Of a stretch of 64,000 bases of DNA, positions 62,246 to 64,000 are shown in pieces. The translations under genes were made by a program, and so were the position numbers. This stretch comes from Aplysia californica (taxonomy: Eukaryota): NCBI RefSeq assembly GCF_000002075.1, contig NW_004797454.1, forward strand, positions 997,181 to 1,061,180, read 5' to 3'. The notes under the pieces were generated by a model that made no database searches, was not told where the DNA came from, and saw nothing but the letters and a program-made list of their open reading frames with translations. Position 1 is the first letter of the stretch. Each line of letters begins with the position of its first letter.

Positions 62246-64000
62246 ACATTGAATTTCATGTACACACGTTAAGGGTTAAAACGGCCTGTCGTCGCATAGG
62301 TGCGCACACGGCGGCACACGGCCTTATTTGTGTTAGGCTAATTGCTGTGGTGGTTCTTGTGCTGTTCTAATTGTGATTTCATTCTGTTGTGAAACCTTCA
62401 TTTTTCACGTTTTAACACTCTGTGTGGCTACAAATGATATTCTGGAAGCTTAAAACAGAGCACAAGAAATTCTGGTGCTTTAGATTAAGTTACCTCTGTC
62501 AACATATTGCTATATACGTCGCCACAGAGAGTTGAAAGCTTGAAAACTAATGGCAACTTTTGCCATTTTTTTGTTGCAGCTTTTGGACCAAAAATGGCAA
62601 CAAATACAGATACTAGCATAACCATGTGCCAGGATCTTGACAACACAACACAACACACACACACACACACACACACACGCGCGCGCGCGCGTGCACACAT
62701 ATAAATGCCCCATACACAATTATCATGTGGGTGTTGTTACACACCAACGACACAATTGAGATCATCTAGGAGGCGGGCTTCCGACCCTGTCTTTCACTAC
62801 TTTCAGGGCCAACCCGGACAGACAAGAATATAAAATCCCAGCAGAAAGATCAAGTTACAGTACTCGATTAAAAAATATATAATTTTCTCCCCACTCGGAA
62901 ATCGAACTCGGGTCTCCAGAGTGCAACACTAATAATAAAGTATCTAACCGTTACACCACAGACGTCAGTTATCAGTATTTTAGCCTGTGTCAAATGCCAT
63001 GAATGCTGAAAGAGGCTTGAATAAAGAGATGCAGATCCTTCAAATAACACGAGTCACGATCTGACGTTGCTAATAACAACGAGTCTTTGGGCGACAGCAG
63101 ATGAGATTGGCAAGCACTTTTTATCTCTTCTTCTTGTTGATGGTGTACTCTGATTGGTTGTCGGTGTGTATAAGGGNNNNNNNNNNNNNNNNNNNNNNNN
63201 NNNNNNNNNNNNNNNNNNNNNNNNNNNNNNNNNNNNNNNNNNNNNNNNNNNNNNNNNNNNNNNNNNNNNNNNNNNNNNNNNNNNNNNNNNNNNNNNNNNN
63301 NNNNNNNNNNNNNNNNNNNNNNNNNNNTCCAAAGAGTTCCAGGAGAAGAAGGCCTTACCTGTTGAAGTTGAAGTCTCAAATTTCGTTTTAGGCAAGAAGC
63401 AGCTCCCCCCCCCCCTAAAGCAAAGGAAACAAGAACGTGATTCCCCTAAGCACGATATAGTCATGTCAGCCAGAGGTTTTCGGTGCCAAGAGTAAGCCCG
63501 ACATAGTGTTTACCTACAACATAACAAAACAGGTGGTCGATGCTATGGCACATGGCCATGCGCTCAGTCAATGAGATGGCCCCTTGCAAAGCTCTTCAAC
63601 CTTGTAGATTTGTCTTTTATTGCTGCCCGTGTGGTTGTGATCTACAAGTTAATTTCCAGCTTTCTTACCTCTCGTGGGGACAACCGACAGGAATTCGATA
63701 TTAGAATTAGACCCTCACTTGCTGTGACCAAAATCCAGAGGTCTTCTGACTCAGCCATCTCTTCATTCCAGCAGCGAATCAAGCAAAAATTATTATTTCT
63801 GCGGTCCTCAACTCACTGGCACCAGTGGGCACACCGGGCGATCAATGCATCATTTTTACATAGACCAAATTAGGGACGATGACAACGCCGGGCAATAGAG
63901 ATGTTCTTCTCTGCCTGCCAAAAGAAACCACAAGACATGGTAAAAATGCAGCCTCCGAAATAAACTTGTTTACAAGGAATATTCAGTCCTTTCTTGCATG

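Noticed and set aside
13111-63327. ORFs spanning N-runs and microsatellites (poly-H, poly-E, HT repeats)
   Set aside because: Artefacts of masked or low-complexity sequence.
63330-64000. Coding-like sequence at the window end
   Set aside because: No recognisable motif or consistent splice structure; possibly an old transposon relic, but I cannot support a call.

Overview
Repeat-rich animal genomic DNA. It is probably from a gastropod mollusc; this is an inference from the Nin/CORE-like SINEs, the Ingi/RTE LINEs and the (TAGATC)n tracts. Two intact spliced genes lie on the minus strand. The first is a tektin-2 (tektin B) gene with 6 coding exons at 22976-32559 (422 aa) and a putative RFX/FOXJ1-type ciliary promoter near 33.9 kb. 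The second is a thiopurine S-methyltransferase (TPMT)-like gene with 8 coding exons at 45996-54528 (230 aa), whose exon sizes nearly match vertebrate TPMT. Between them are a decayed RTE LINE and a nearly intact Ingi/I-group LINE (three PHD-like fingers, APE, RT, RNase H, CCHC). The rest holds a decayed RNase H LINE, two Gypsy relics, two Tc1/mariner relics, MITEs (one piggyBac-type) and four short interspersed repeat families. The most notable oddities are an isolated, inverted copy of one TPMT exon 34 kb away, a 45-bp-arm hairpin in the TPMT 5' intron, and several unrelated short-element bodies that share one stem-loop 3' tail. I did not find clear evidence of a wholly new biological system. 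Most N-runs are flanked by microsatellites and look like masked simple repeats.
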